Below are positions 38,298 through 50,100 of a stretch of DNA of 64,000 bases, piece by piece; the stretch's first letter is position 1; the number at the start of each line of letters is the position of its first letter. This DNA comes from Stylophora pistillata (taxonomy: Eukaryota): NCBI RefSeq assembly GCF_002571385.2, contig NW_019217784.1, positions 2,084,863 through 2,148,862 of the forward strand. The letters are read 5' to 3'. Made by a program: the position numbers and the translations under genes. The notes under the pieces were generated by a model. That model saw only the letters and a program-made list of their open reading frames with translations. It did not search any database and was not told the origin of the DNA.

Positions 38298-39968
38298 GAA
38301 GAATTTTTTTAACCGAAAACTTGAAACACTTGAAGTTTACTCCCTGCCTTCCAGCATGTTATGTCAAAAAACGTGGCCGGTTACCAAGCCGATATGACGC
38401 AACTCAGGGGGGTAAATCCCTTGTTATTTTAGCATCAAGTTAGCTTAAGACAAAAAAATATGCCTGGATCGGATTAATTTTGCCACAAAACGCGGAAAAT
38501 TTTCTGATATTCGTATTATTCACCTGAAAATAGACAAAAGCAAACGATTGTTGATTTTCATGAAAATGAGACAACCGCAAAGCCAGAAGAGTCATGTGAC
38601 ACAAATCTTTCGTTCGTAAAGCACCATGGGTATGTACCCATAGTACCTAGCAAACTCCTAACGCGTGCACCAGGTGTTCAGGAAAAAGAAGGTGAAAGGA
38701 GGAATTTGGTGAGTAAAACTTTGCTTTTTCGTTAATTCTAAGCAATCTTTTCGCACAACAGTACCTCAGGAATGTTAAAACGATATTTTTTATCTCAGCT
38801 GTATTTGATAATTTATGTATTCTGGTCGAAAGCTGCGAAAAATCGCTCCGATTATCTGCACGCGTGCATGCACCCAACTGGTACTGAGAGCATTGAGTTA
38901 ATTTTACGTTAGCAAAATCATTCGGCAAATTGACCTTTTTTCTTCTTTCAAACCCATCGTGTACTTCCCCTTAAGAATGATAAATATAAAGTTAATGCAT
39001 TGCAAAAGGCACTAGATTTTCTTGTCAAATGCACATGTAGTTCGCCGTTTCGTGTGATTCGCCACTTATTGAGGAAATTTTTTTGTGAGGGCCATGCCGT
39101 ACTCACATCATCTTGCAAACGAGTAAGCTTGGCGAGCCCTGGTTTCTCCCATGAATTTTAAATATCTCTAAAATGGAAGAATATTAATTTTATTGTTTTT
39201 GAGAAATGGCTGATTGATTCCTTTAGTATATACGTTGTATCAAGGAATAATTATGGTTAAATTGTCTTCAACAAGCTATGCATCATTATATAGCCGTCCG
39301 TAATGCATTTATCTTTAAAAATGTATAAGTAAGCAATAGAACACATTTTTGCAGGCCCAATAACATGATAAAGTCATGAAGGATGATAGGAGAACACAAA
39401 AAAAGCTTGTAAATCACAAGCCGAAGGCAAGTGATTTACAAGCTTTTTAAGTCTTCTTCCAATTTCCCAAGTGGTTTTATCACATTGTAGAGCCTGCAAA
39501 AATGCATTCTATAGCTATTATGACATAACTACCTACATGCAGGCTCTATAACATGATAAAGCATCCACTTGGAAACTGAATTGACCAATCAGTTATTATC
39601 AATTATTAACATTTATAATACTGTCTAAAAGGAATGCTGGAATTAATTTTTGCTGGTATGGCAACCATGCAAACTAAGGGTTATTTTTAGTATAATATTT
39701 AGAAAAATCAACAAAGATATCAACATTTCTGACATGTGAACTAATGAAGGGCAAACAATTTTGTTAGTCACATGGAAACTAATTATCATGTTTCTTTCTG
39801 TGAAATGGCAGATTTTTCTGCCATGAAGATGGGATATATATTTTAATAGTTATTCTGTTCAGTGTCTGTTCATCATGAGCTGGATCTTCTTTCAACTAGC
39901 CAGGCTTTAAAAATGAGGCTTAAGACCTTCTCTTTGAAGAGTATCATTTCTCTCAAACTTTTTTGTTA

Positions 39969-41092
39969 TTAACACATTGACACCTGAACTGCCCGTAACT
40001 GCCCGAACGTCGCAATTGCCTCGCGCGAGAACGCTTTCCCCCTTACCTCCCTTACTAAGTAGAGTTTTGTCCCCAAACTTCCTCTATAGTTTGGAGATCA
40101 ATAAGCCAATCAGAATCCGTCGCTTGAGCATATATTTTGTTGGCTTTAGGGGGTACTAGAGGGGCATTATTCTATGTGTCTTCACTAAATGACCAAATTT
40201 GAAAAGATGGCATCCTCGCGGCCAACCCTCAAAATTTTCAGGTCTGATTTTTCGTTCATTTGCGATCGAGTTAGACCTTGTGGAACTCAGAATGTAAAGT
40301 AACAATGCTATAGAATACTCTGCTTGGAAAAGAATGGATATCAAGGTCTTCAAGGTGACAGAATAAGCTCTCGAGTCAACGACACTACGATTCTCTAAGG
40401 TGATGCAAATTATGGACGTAAAGTGAAAACCGAACTTTCGGACGTCAAGCAGGGCCTAGCGACAATTTGACAATTGGATGGCCCGGTAAATATTATGTTA
40501 GAGTAACAACGTGTTCAAAAAGTATTGTTTCATAGAATATTTTGCCTCAAATTGAAGTTTTTTCAGAATTTTCAACATAATGCTGTGCAATTTCTGGCCA
40601 TGAAGGCAAGTAAACAACGATCTAAGCATGATGAATTTTACCGCCTGGGCTTTGTACATGTAAGAAATTCCTACGTTTTTCGCTTATAACAGCAAATCAA
40701 AAACTGTTTTGAATAAATCCGACATCCCGAAATAATTCTTGGCCATTTTAGTCTAGCTTCCTATTGATAGATTCCTTGGAACTTGAGATCTCTTCACTCA
40801 TGGAGAAATTTGCATATTCCCTTTTGAAATATGATCCACGCGCCCATTTTCACACATGCGAAAATATTTAGCGATTTTTATCTTTCATCTTGATTTTTGA
40901 GTTAAAACATAATATGCACCTATGGCTTTTTTTGCCGGAAATAGGTTCTTTAATTTGTCTTCTTTCACTGGAGCTTGTTTTTTGGAAAAGATGATTTTTA
41001 AAAATTTACTGTGCATTGTGTTTGCCTTCTTGGTTTCTCCAGAATTTTGACTTTTCGTAGGCAGGTGTTACATGTAAGTGTCAATGGGTTAA
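39969..41092. mobile_element. piggyBac-like non-autonomous element in the first (5'UTR) HNRNPK intron; second copy at 53305-53720 runs into a gap
   Basis: TTAA-C(A/C)CATTGACAC ... GTGTCAATGGG-TTAA. The two copies are highly similar over about 400 bp. Confidence 0.8.
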
Positions 41093-41528
41093 GGTATTTA
41101 CATTTTACAATTCAAATGACACATCGGTAGTGGGCTCTTTATACATACAACGGCCTTTACTGCGGTGAGCATTCCTCATCATTTATGTTGCATGGTTTCA
41201 GCTTCCCAGGTATCAAAGTTTATTTACTGTGAATCTTGTAACTGGAAAATCTTCTTCAAAACATAATCTTTCTGCTTACAAGATTTTCAACATGGTTTCT
41301 CCCTATTGTCTGCTTCAAATTTTGTTCATAATTTTTATTTTACTTTAGTCATTACCTTTTTGCTTGACAACACTTTGAGGAAGGGGAAAACTGCCGATTG
41401 GGCATTCATTTGGAGTGAAAGGGTATAGTAAAACTTGCCCTGCACAGTTGTAAGGTGAATAACATTCTGTGTCATTCTCTTACAACAGGTCAGTGTATTT
41501 CAGAAAAAAACATTGTTCATTATTTATC

Positions 41529-44500
41529 ATGGAGCAACCTGCGGCTGATCAAGGTGAGTACATGTACTTTTTCCAAGTTTTAGATAAGATTCTTGACAGA
41601 ATATTGGCCTAAAGACAGAAGTTTAAACTATTGAGGATTTAAACTCTGGCCAGTTCCAGTTGCATTTAGTTGTATAACAAACTTTAAAAACAATTTCAAG
41701 AATATTTTCGTCAAACTGTGGCTTTCCAATATAACTTTTTTGGAGTTAACTTCTAGCTCTTTTAAAAGAAAACTGAATTTTTCCTTTTAAAATGATAAAG
41801 GAATGGGGATGAAGAGACCAGCTGAAGAGGACTACAACAGCAATGTTCATGCCAAGAGAGTGAAAGATGAAGAGGGTGGAGTTAGTGGAGAACAGACAAC
41901 TCTTCGCTTTTTACTTGAAAGCAGGGTAAGAAGTTTGATAAGGATTATAGTTTTATAGTGTTGTCAGTACAGTTTTGTTTGGCGGTCATGTTTGTCCCTG
42001 TTCTGTTTGATGCATCTGTGGTCATTCAAATTTCTTCTTGGAGTGGAATTTTCCAAACCAGTTTCTTCTTAATCATCTTCCCTTGTTTTTGGTTATGAGG
42101 ATAAATACAAGACAAAGGAAAACAAAAATCAAACTGTTTTGCAAAATTTGAACCATAGCTTATCTTTAACCAGATTTCCTCATGCGGCATGTAGGTGTTG
42201 TGTAATTAATTTTTTTCAAACATGATTATGAAAACTGAAATAAATATTGACAGCAAAGTAGGCAACTTTGTGACATTCAATCGAAAAGGTATTTTGGGGA
42301 AAATGTTTGCATGAACTGTAATAGATAAAAAATTTTGAACCAAGTTACCTGCTTGTTAGTAAGGGGATTTTGATAAAAAAAAATGCATTGTTTATTAATT
42401 ATTTTAGACACATCTGATGCTATTCTCTCTCGATATATTTTAGGATGCTGGTGGTATCATTGGCAAGGTAATGCTTATTTGATGGTAGTATGTACTTGTG
42501 ATTAGATTTACTTTGATGAAAGAACTTTCATCGTATCTTGGGTTCAGTAACTTTGTTTTATGCATGCTGATGATGCCTTTGTGAAGCCTTTGATGAAGTT
42601 GTGGAGTATAAAATGAAGTATAGTTTCAAAGTTTAGAAACAAGATGACAGATAGTTGCTCCCTGTATTAGTATTGCAAAGCTTATAAATAATAAATCTCG
42701 TATTACTGTTGATTAGTATTACACCTATTTACAAACATTTGTTTTCTGTTTTCAGGGGGGACAGAATGTGAAAAGATTACGTAGTGAGGTATGAAACTAT
42801 GTTTTTTTTTTCTTTATTCTATGTTTTGAAACAGTTTTGTTTATAGTTAAATTGCAAATAGATCAGTGTTTGATTACTGGTCCAATTTACATCAGTAAAC
42901 AGTTATGTATGAAAAGTTGGTAAACAATTTCTTTTTCTGCTTCACGAGATTTATTATCACTGGTTTGATGTCAATGTTAAAATTTTTTAATCTCATCATG
43001 ACTTATTTTGTTTGTCTCTACATACGCATTTAGCAGATACTGTATTGACGTCCAGATGAATTATTTCATTCACAATAATTTTACATTATGTTTCAAGGGT
43101 TTTTACCTCATAAGATTGCCTCTGTTCCTCTTTAAATGTTTTATGACTTGTGATTTTCCCAGGCTTAGGCTTTGAACTGCATTCTGTTTAACTCCTTCCT
43201 TTCCCTTGTAGCTTATCCAGCTAACCAAGTACCTTCATAGTTGTCAGATGCTCTGTTCTACCTCTGGAATTATAGTAGTTTATCCCTGCTAAGTTGTTGT
43301 TGTTTTTCTCTCCTATTATTCCCTCTGTGTTCCCATCCCGGCCCTATCTACCCGTTCCCATCCATCTACCTGCCTGACACCCGCCCGTGTTGGTCCCTGT
43401 TGTGATCTCACCCAAGTTCAAAGCAGTGGTCAATGTCCCGGATACCAATACCCCTGAGCGGTATGTCCCATGCGTCACATTAATGTGTGTCCTGGCTTCC
43501 TTTACATTACACTGCATGTCACTGATAACAGTGTAATCCTATCATAACTAGTGGGATTGATTAAAACTATAGATAGAAGTCATGCCTCAAACTTTTACTT
43601 TAACTCAAATGCCAGATTTTTGGGGTGTAATGGCCAGTATTGAATGAGTTGAGTGATGTAGATATGAGCATATGCTGTTTGATGCCCTTTGTTGTATTGA
43701 AATGTAATGTTTTCTGTGGTGGTCATTCATATATTTCAAATTTTCTGTTAGGAATGTTAGGATGACTTTACTACCATAGACACATGTGTATCAGAAATAA
43801 GCACATGTCCTAAAAATGTGAACAATCACATTTTGGGCACTTGAGAAGTGAGGAAAATTCTCAAAACAAAAATTTGCTTCTTATATAAATGGTGTCTCTA
43901 CCCAATCTGTTTTGTCTTAGTTTTTAAGGCATGTAGCCCTCTGCACACTCTCATTTCCAAATTATTTCTTTATTCATAGTGTATTAACCATCACTGCTGC
44001 TTATGATGATGCAATGGCCATATTTTCAGAGTGCTTACCAAAGATCGGTGGGGTAAGATGACTCAACTTCAACAATTTTGATATGTTTGGGTCGAAAGAG
44101 ATCACATTTTGCAGGCAACAAATTTTGGTTCTGTTGTCATATATGTTCCTGAAATCATTTGCATTTGGTCTAAGTTTGCATTTTCAAACCATAAATGATG
44201 TACTTTCTTCAGTTATGAAGGGTTTTTGACAGAGGCTTCAACTAATAAAAGTGGTCATTTATGAAGCTTTGAAGGCTGGTGGGCTATTTGTTTGGGATTT
44301 AACTCTGGCTCTCTGTTTTTACCTGTTGTATTGTTTATGGTTATGTATATGGTTTATGGTTAGGTATATGGTTATGGTTATGTATGTTTACCGCCTCCCA
44401 GTTAGCTCAATGGTTAGAGCGCTGGACTGTTGTGCGGGAGGTCGAGGGTTCGAGCCCCGGGCTGGACCAACACTCAAGGTCTTAAAACAAGTGAGAAGAG

Positions 44501-46890
44501 TATGCTACCTTTCTATAACATCAAGAAATGGTTAGATACTCTAGTCTTCTCGGATAGGGACGAATAAATGGAGGTCCCATCTCCTGCAAGATTAGGGGGA
44601 GGAAACGTTAATTTCCCGAGATTACTGTGTGATGGATGTCCTCCCCTGAGGTGGTTGCTGGATGGGAATTGGCCTTGAAAAGTCCCCATGGGGAGTGGTC
44701 AATTAACATATATATATGTATGTAATGCGGTCCTGGTTTCTTTATGATACTAGCTGGTCAGAATAAACTGATTACAAAACTGAACTTTTTTTTGTACTTT
44801 TTTTAAGCGCCAATCAAATCCCAATGGGAAAGAAATCCAGATGTTAGTACAACGAAGTCAGGTCGGGAGTGTGATTGGGCAAAAAGGACAGAAAATTAAG
44901 GAAACTCGAGAGGTAATTTTTGCTGGGTAATGTTTCCTGGATAATTTTAAGTGTCACAAAAACAAAGAAAAGATGTACTCAAGGAGAAGTTCTCTGCTAA
45001 TAATTCTTTTTATTTTCTTGGCAGAAAACTGGAGCACAAATCAAGGTGAGTGGGTTTGACATAAAGCACTTCATATGTTAACTTAAATTAATCTGTTAAC
45101 TGTTGACAAGGCAAGAAGTTGTTTGTTTTCTTGAATTTTTTGATGTTGTAACAATGATTTCATAGCATGCCTATTTATCACTTTAAGGTTCATTCTGATT
45201 GTTTACCTGGATCAACAGAAAGAGTCGTGTCTATTCGCGGTAAGTTTTTGATCATTAACATGTTTCTTTGCCCTCAGTTATATCTCTTTCACCTCTGCAC
45301 TCAACATAATATCCTAAATGTGAGATTTTTCCCACAGGTACTGATGAAGTCATTGTACAATGTGTCAGAGAAGTTATCGATCAGTTAAATGAAGTAAGTG
45401 AAGGAGGAAGTTTTATCAATATTTTTTATCCTTAAGAAGGCAATATGCAAGCTCTGCTAGCTAACCTTTGTTGGGCTTTTTATTATAGTTATTGAAGTAT
45501 ACAAAACATTTCTTTAGTCTCCCTTGAAAGGGTCAGTGTCCTTGTACGATCCAGCTGGCATGAATGACTGGGATTATGGTGGTGGTTATGGACCCAGTGG
45601 AGGTGGCCGTGGACGTGGAGGAGGCAGAGGACGGGGGGGTCGAGATGGAGGAAGAGGAGGATCTCGTGGAGGTCGCGGGGGAAGAGGTGGTTTTGGTGGT
45701 GGTGACAATATGGGATACGGAGGAAACTACTCACAAGATTTTGTAAGTTTCAGATGTAATTGATTGGTCAGCAATTTCAAAGTATTTGCTGGAGATTTCA
45801 CCTTTATCTTCTGGAGAACATCTGTAAAGCCAGATTGATCTAATATTTGTGATTTTTTTTTTTTTAACATTTCAGGGTGGTGGAAACGTGGGAGGTGATG
45901 TGGGAGGTAAAAATCATGTCTTATTCTCTTTGTAATGTTTAAGGCAAATACATTATGCATAATATTGAATGTATACTTACTTTTTGTCTAAGCTTCCTCA
46001 TACAACATTTACCCCCTGAATGTGGGGTGCAGAAAATTTCTGTGGAGATTTTTACATTGTTGAGTGATAAACACTTTCCTTAAAGCTCCACACACTTAAA
46101 AATTATGTGGAATGATGGTGGTGATTCTGTTTGGCTTGGGCCATCAACCTTTTAAGAAATTATCTTTGATGAAAATCAAGCATTGTGTCAGAAATAAAAC
46201 TGTTTCTTTGCATTTTGTATTGAAGGTCAGTGGAATCAGGGGGGGCCTTCAGCAGGAGGAGAACAAACTACAACACAAGTTACCATTCCCAAAGATGTAA
46301 GTTACATTTATTAAGGTCCTTGCTGAGGAAATGGAAATTGTCTGTTCTTCTTACCAAATTGAAACCTGTTTGTTTTATTTAGGTATTCAAATGCACTAAT
46401 TAAATGACAACCTTTTTATAGTTGGCAGGGTCTATTATTGGAAGAGGAGGAGAAAGGATAAGACAAATAAGGTGAGGATATGAGATGAATACACTCTATG
46501 TTGATTCTGGAAGTTATTTTAAGTATGAAAAAGGATTGCAGCAAAGTATGTATACCGGTACTTTACATAACCATTCACTTGTATGTTTGCAGAAGTCGCA
46601 GTGGCGCAAACATAAAGATCGATGATCCTCTTCCGGGTTCAAATGACAGGATTATCACCATTGGGGGCAACCAATCCCAGATTAATTTTGCTCAGTTTCT
46701 TCTTCAACAAAGGTAAGTTTATCAACACTTCTATGATAATTAAAAGGTTTATTCTAGAAATTGGCTAAATAGGGCGCACAAGTTGCTACCATCTTTTTGT
46801 CCAGGTAAATTTGGTTCCACCATCCATCTTAGCTAACAACTGAATTTTTTTTCTTGCAGTGTACGACAATACTCGGGCAAGAATTACTAA
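41529..46890 (+). CDS. HNRNPK: Heterogeneous nuclear ribonucleoprotein K (3 KH domains, RGG region; many small exons of 21-51 nt)
   Basis: Bipartite NLS KRPAEED...KR; KH1 [44 protein letters not shown]; KH2; RGG repeats; KH3 [25 protein letters not shown]; end [10 protein letters not shown]. Confidence 0.93.
44391..44725 (+). mobile_element. tRNA-derived SINE in an HNRNPK intron
   Basis: gttagctcaatggttagagcgctggactg...ggtcgagggttcgagcccc (A and B boxes) continues into a non-tRNA body and a (TA/TGTA) tail. Confidence 0.75.
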
Positions 46891-47972
46891 ACTTGGCCAA
46901 ATTGTCTGGCTGGACATGCCTAGTCACACTAAGTTTCATCACTGTTAGCTTCTCATGACAAGTTCAGGGACTTTTTTTGAACAAAATCTTTTTTCCTTAA
47001 AAAAAATCTCTATCTGGAAAATCTATATTTCCTTATTTGTAAAAATTACTTTGCCATTTTAAAATAGTGCGATTAAGTTAACTGAATTCTATTCTGCTCT
47101 GACTTTTATTTGATCTTAGTTTTCCAGAAAAGTGTAATTTGCATTGTTCTGAGAAATGGGATACCCACTTTGCATTAAAGATTAAGCAGTAGTTTGTTCA
47201 CTAGTGACTCGGGTAGAAAATGCTGGATAAATGTGATTTTTTAGCATCACTACAGATTAAGTGTAATATAGATAAGTGATTGAGCCTTTTTATTAGTTCT
47301 TTTTGTAGTTGTTTTTTTTTTTCATTAGTGATTGACTTAGAAATGGGTTGTAAATCTGGTTCTATTATGTAATGGATTCTTAAATTTTGTTGTAAACTTA
47401 ATAAAGCCGTTTGACTTGAAAAGGTGTCAGCAGTGATTGTTCTTAATCTATCATTTCAGAGGCTTAGCTTGGCACCACAAATATCTTCTTAAGTGAACAG
47501 CTTCTTTTCCAACAATTGCAATTTTAGATTCTCAAAAATGCTTCAACAAGTCGGTCTCACTGCGCCTGTTGAAACATTCTATTCTTTTCTAGAGATGATT
47601 TGTGATCAAATGATAGGACAGTCTACTGAGATTGCTTTTTCGAGGATATCTGGTAAAAATATTGCAGATTGTTTCACTTGAAAACGTCTTGTAGAGTTCG
47701 TTTCACAATAGTAGCAACTTGTCGAAAGTAACTCAGATGCCATAGGTAAATGGAGTTCCCTAGTTGCATGTATTAAAAGGTAACTTTAAGGTAGGAAAGC
47801 TACCCGAATGCTTCATTTCCTTGTGGAAAAACATGTTTATTTTTTTCGAGGTGGCAAACCTCTCAGATTACATAACAGAAAGCTATCTCTCGGATGAAAA
47901 GAATTGAATGAAATGAAACTTTTAGTAATCTAACTAATCGGAGAATGGTCTTGCCACAAGGTTGATTTTGTC

Positions 47973-47983
47973 ATTATTATTAC

Positions 47984-48027
<44 letters not shown>
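47973..48027. repeat. (ATT)n microsatellite
   Basis: Direct observation. Confidence 0.95.
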
Positions 48028-48500
48028 TAAGATCCCTCGCAAGTAAGCTTTCAAACAAGAATAATGAACCCTATGCCAGCATCATTTACTGGCTACAAAT
48101 ACAACTTTCACTTGCCATATTAAGAACTGTACACAGATGCGTAAGAGGTTCTAGAGTTCCGTTTAAATCACGCGAGGTCGCAGAAGACTTCACCCTCGCT
48201 GTAGCTGGTCTACATCTGCACTCATAATTTTTAGGTCTTTATTATTTTAATAGTTTTTCCTATTTAGTAATGCTAAGTTTTTTCTTTTCTCATACATTGT
48301 AATCAGTCCTCGATCGTGAAAAAATTAATTTTAATTCATTTAAAAAATTGTAAATAATCAGATGTATGGTTGAAAATTGCTATCATTATTATTAAACGAA
48401 GCGGGCTAATTTTTATCATAATTTTTGTAAATACTTTTAGTGATTGTAGTGAATAAAGGTATTATTATTATTATCATCATCATCATCATCATCATTATTT
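48027..48500 (+). mobile_element. 5'-truncated non-LTR retrotransposon (RLE-type C-terminus) between (ATT)n tracts
   Basis: 48027-48227 reads LRSLASKLSNKNNEPYASIIYWLQIQLSLAILRTVHRCVRGSR...*, resembling the C-terminal end of restriction-like endonuclease domains. AATAAA plus an (ATT/ATC)n tail lies at about 48452-48500. Confidence 0.55.
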
Positions 48501-49037
48501 CAGTCATAAAGGTTTGATTCCACTTCTCGTTCTGAATGGAGGTTTCAAGTCTTCCTCATCACATGGCACGAATCACAAGAAGCTGTGCCCTTGTAAACAA
48601 TCGCCGCTGGAACCTGCTAGGTTGGTTAAAGTTTATAAAACGATCAATGGACTTTGAAAGTTCAGGAACGGAGAAAAAATAACCCAGACGTACAAATCGT
48701 TCCCATAATCCACTCTTTACTACCTATTACTTAATAGCTATAAAAGCGAAGGCCCAACTGGAGATGCATGTTGGATTTTGTGATAGCAATCGATGGTAAG
48801 AGTTGTTTGAGGTTCCATTGACCTAAGACGGATAGCTCGAAAAGTAGCTACATGTCGTGTTTGCTCACAAAGATAAAAACATAGATTATGTTTTAAAAGA
48901 AATGATTAAAATTAAAAAAGTGAGAACCCTCCAGAAATATTTAATCGCTTACTAAATTCGTCTCTCCGATGGAAATAGAAGTGGAAATACATTCTCTAAA
49001 AGCGCAACTAAACCGGTGTAAAGTAACTTGGTACCAG

Positions 49038-49096
49038 TTTCCCGCGAGAGCGCGCCAAAATTATGTAGCACGTGACCTGACAACTTTTTCGCCAAA
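49038..49096 (+). promoter_or_regulatory. Putative UBAP2-like promoter: three E2F-like sites and an E-box
   Basis: TTTCCCGC 49038-49045, GCGCGCCAAAA 49050-49060, CACGTG 49069-49074, TTTTCGCCAAA 49086-49096; donor gtaagt at about 49169. Confidence 0.55.
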
Positions 49097-50100
49097 CGCA
49101 TGTATTGTGTCCTGCATGTCTGGTGCAGCGGCAAAAGTCTTCGGTTCTAATTTCCAGCCAAATTATTCGTAAGTATCTCTTCATGTTCATGGATTTCTAA
49201 CAAGGAATGGCGTATGTAGCGACAAAGCTTTGAATTTTGAAAAGATCTTGCAATTTACGCTTGCGAGGTGGAGAAATATTGTTGCATTTTTTTGCCATAC
49301 ACCCGGGTTTAATTCCACGGAGGAAACGCGAATGACGATGAACGACTTAAAACTATTTTATCTAGCCTTTGAAGAAGAGAAAATCGTTATGAGAGCTTTA
49401 TACCGTCGATGGCCTTGTACACCTCGAATGTTTAAGTCTGAAACGACGAATGATGAAACGAAAGCCTTCCTACAGCAGTCGGCACATGTGCAGTTCAAGG
49501 GAAATGCCAATGCAATGGGACTAACTACTAAGGAGTTTCTATATGGATGTTTTGGCGATACCTTTTATCTCAAAGAACATAGCTTTGCTTTCCATTCAGC
49601 TATGGATAGATTCTATCGAAAATCATAGCTTGATTGTGTTTGACTCGCCTCAAAAGTTGAACTTAAGTATCAATGTGTGCTTGCCTTTCGATGGTGGTCA
49701 TTCACCAATTTCGATTCGTGACTCATTCGTAGTTCGTTGTCATTTTTGCGCTGACCACATGCCTGCCCCTTCTTCAAATAGTGTCGAAAAGTAACAGCTA
49801 TTGTTAGTTACCACTGTTTTCTTTTTTATACGGGAAAGAAATTATTAATTTCAAGGACTACGTTATCGCATGAAATTAGGTTGAGTATCGACGATGTATT
49901 TGACGTATTCTTGCACTTCCGTTCTCTGAATTCGCATCGTAAATTTCTTAAGGCGGGTTTTAATTTCTTCAATTACTCGTCAAATCTCCGCTTGGCAAGC
50001 AGTAATATGTTTTGAATGCCCTCACTCTGCATTTTTTGCTCTATATTCCAGGAGCGTTGTACATACCTTGTATATACTGTACAGATAGGGAACTAGAAGA

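Noticed and set aside
44400-44462. tRNA gene
   Set aside because: No acceptor-stem closure, and it continues into a SINE body; treated as a tRNA-derived SINE.
46713-46859. miR-7 in the last HNRNPK intron, as in bilaterians
   Set aside because: No TGGAAGACTAGTGATTTTGTTG or convincing hairpin is present.
49230-49628. 132-aa ORF upstream of the UBAP2-like CDS
   Set aside because: Non-ATG start, no recognisable homology; lies in the putative first intron.
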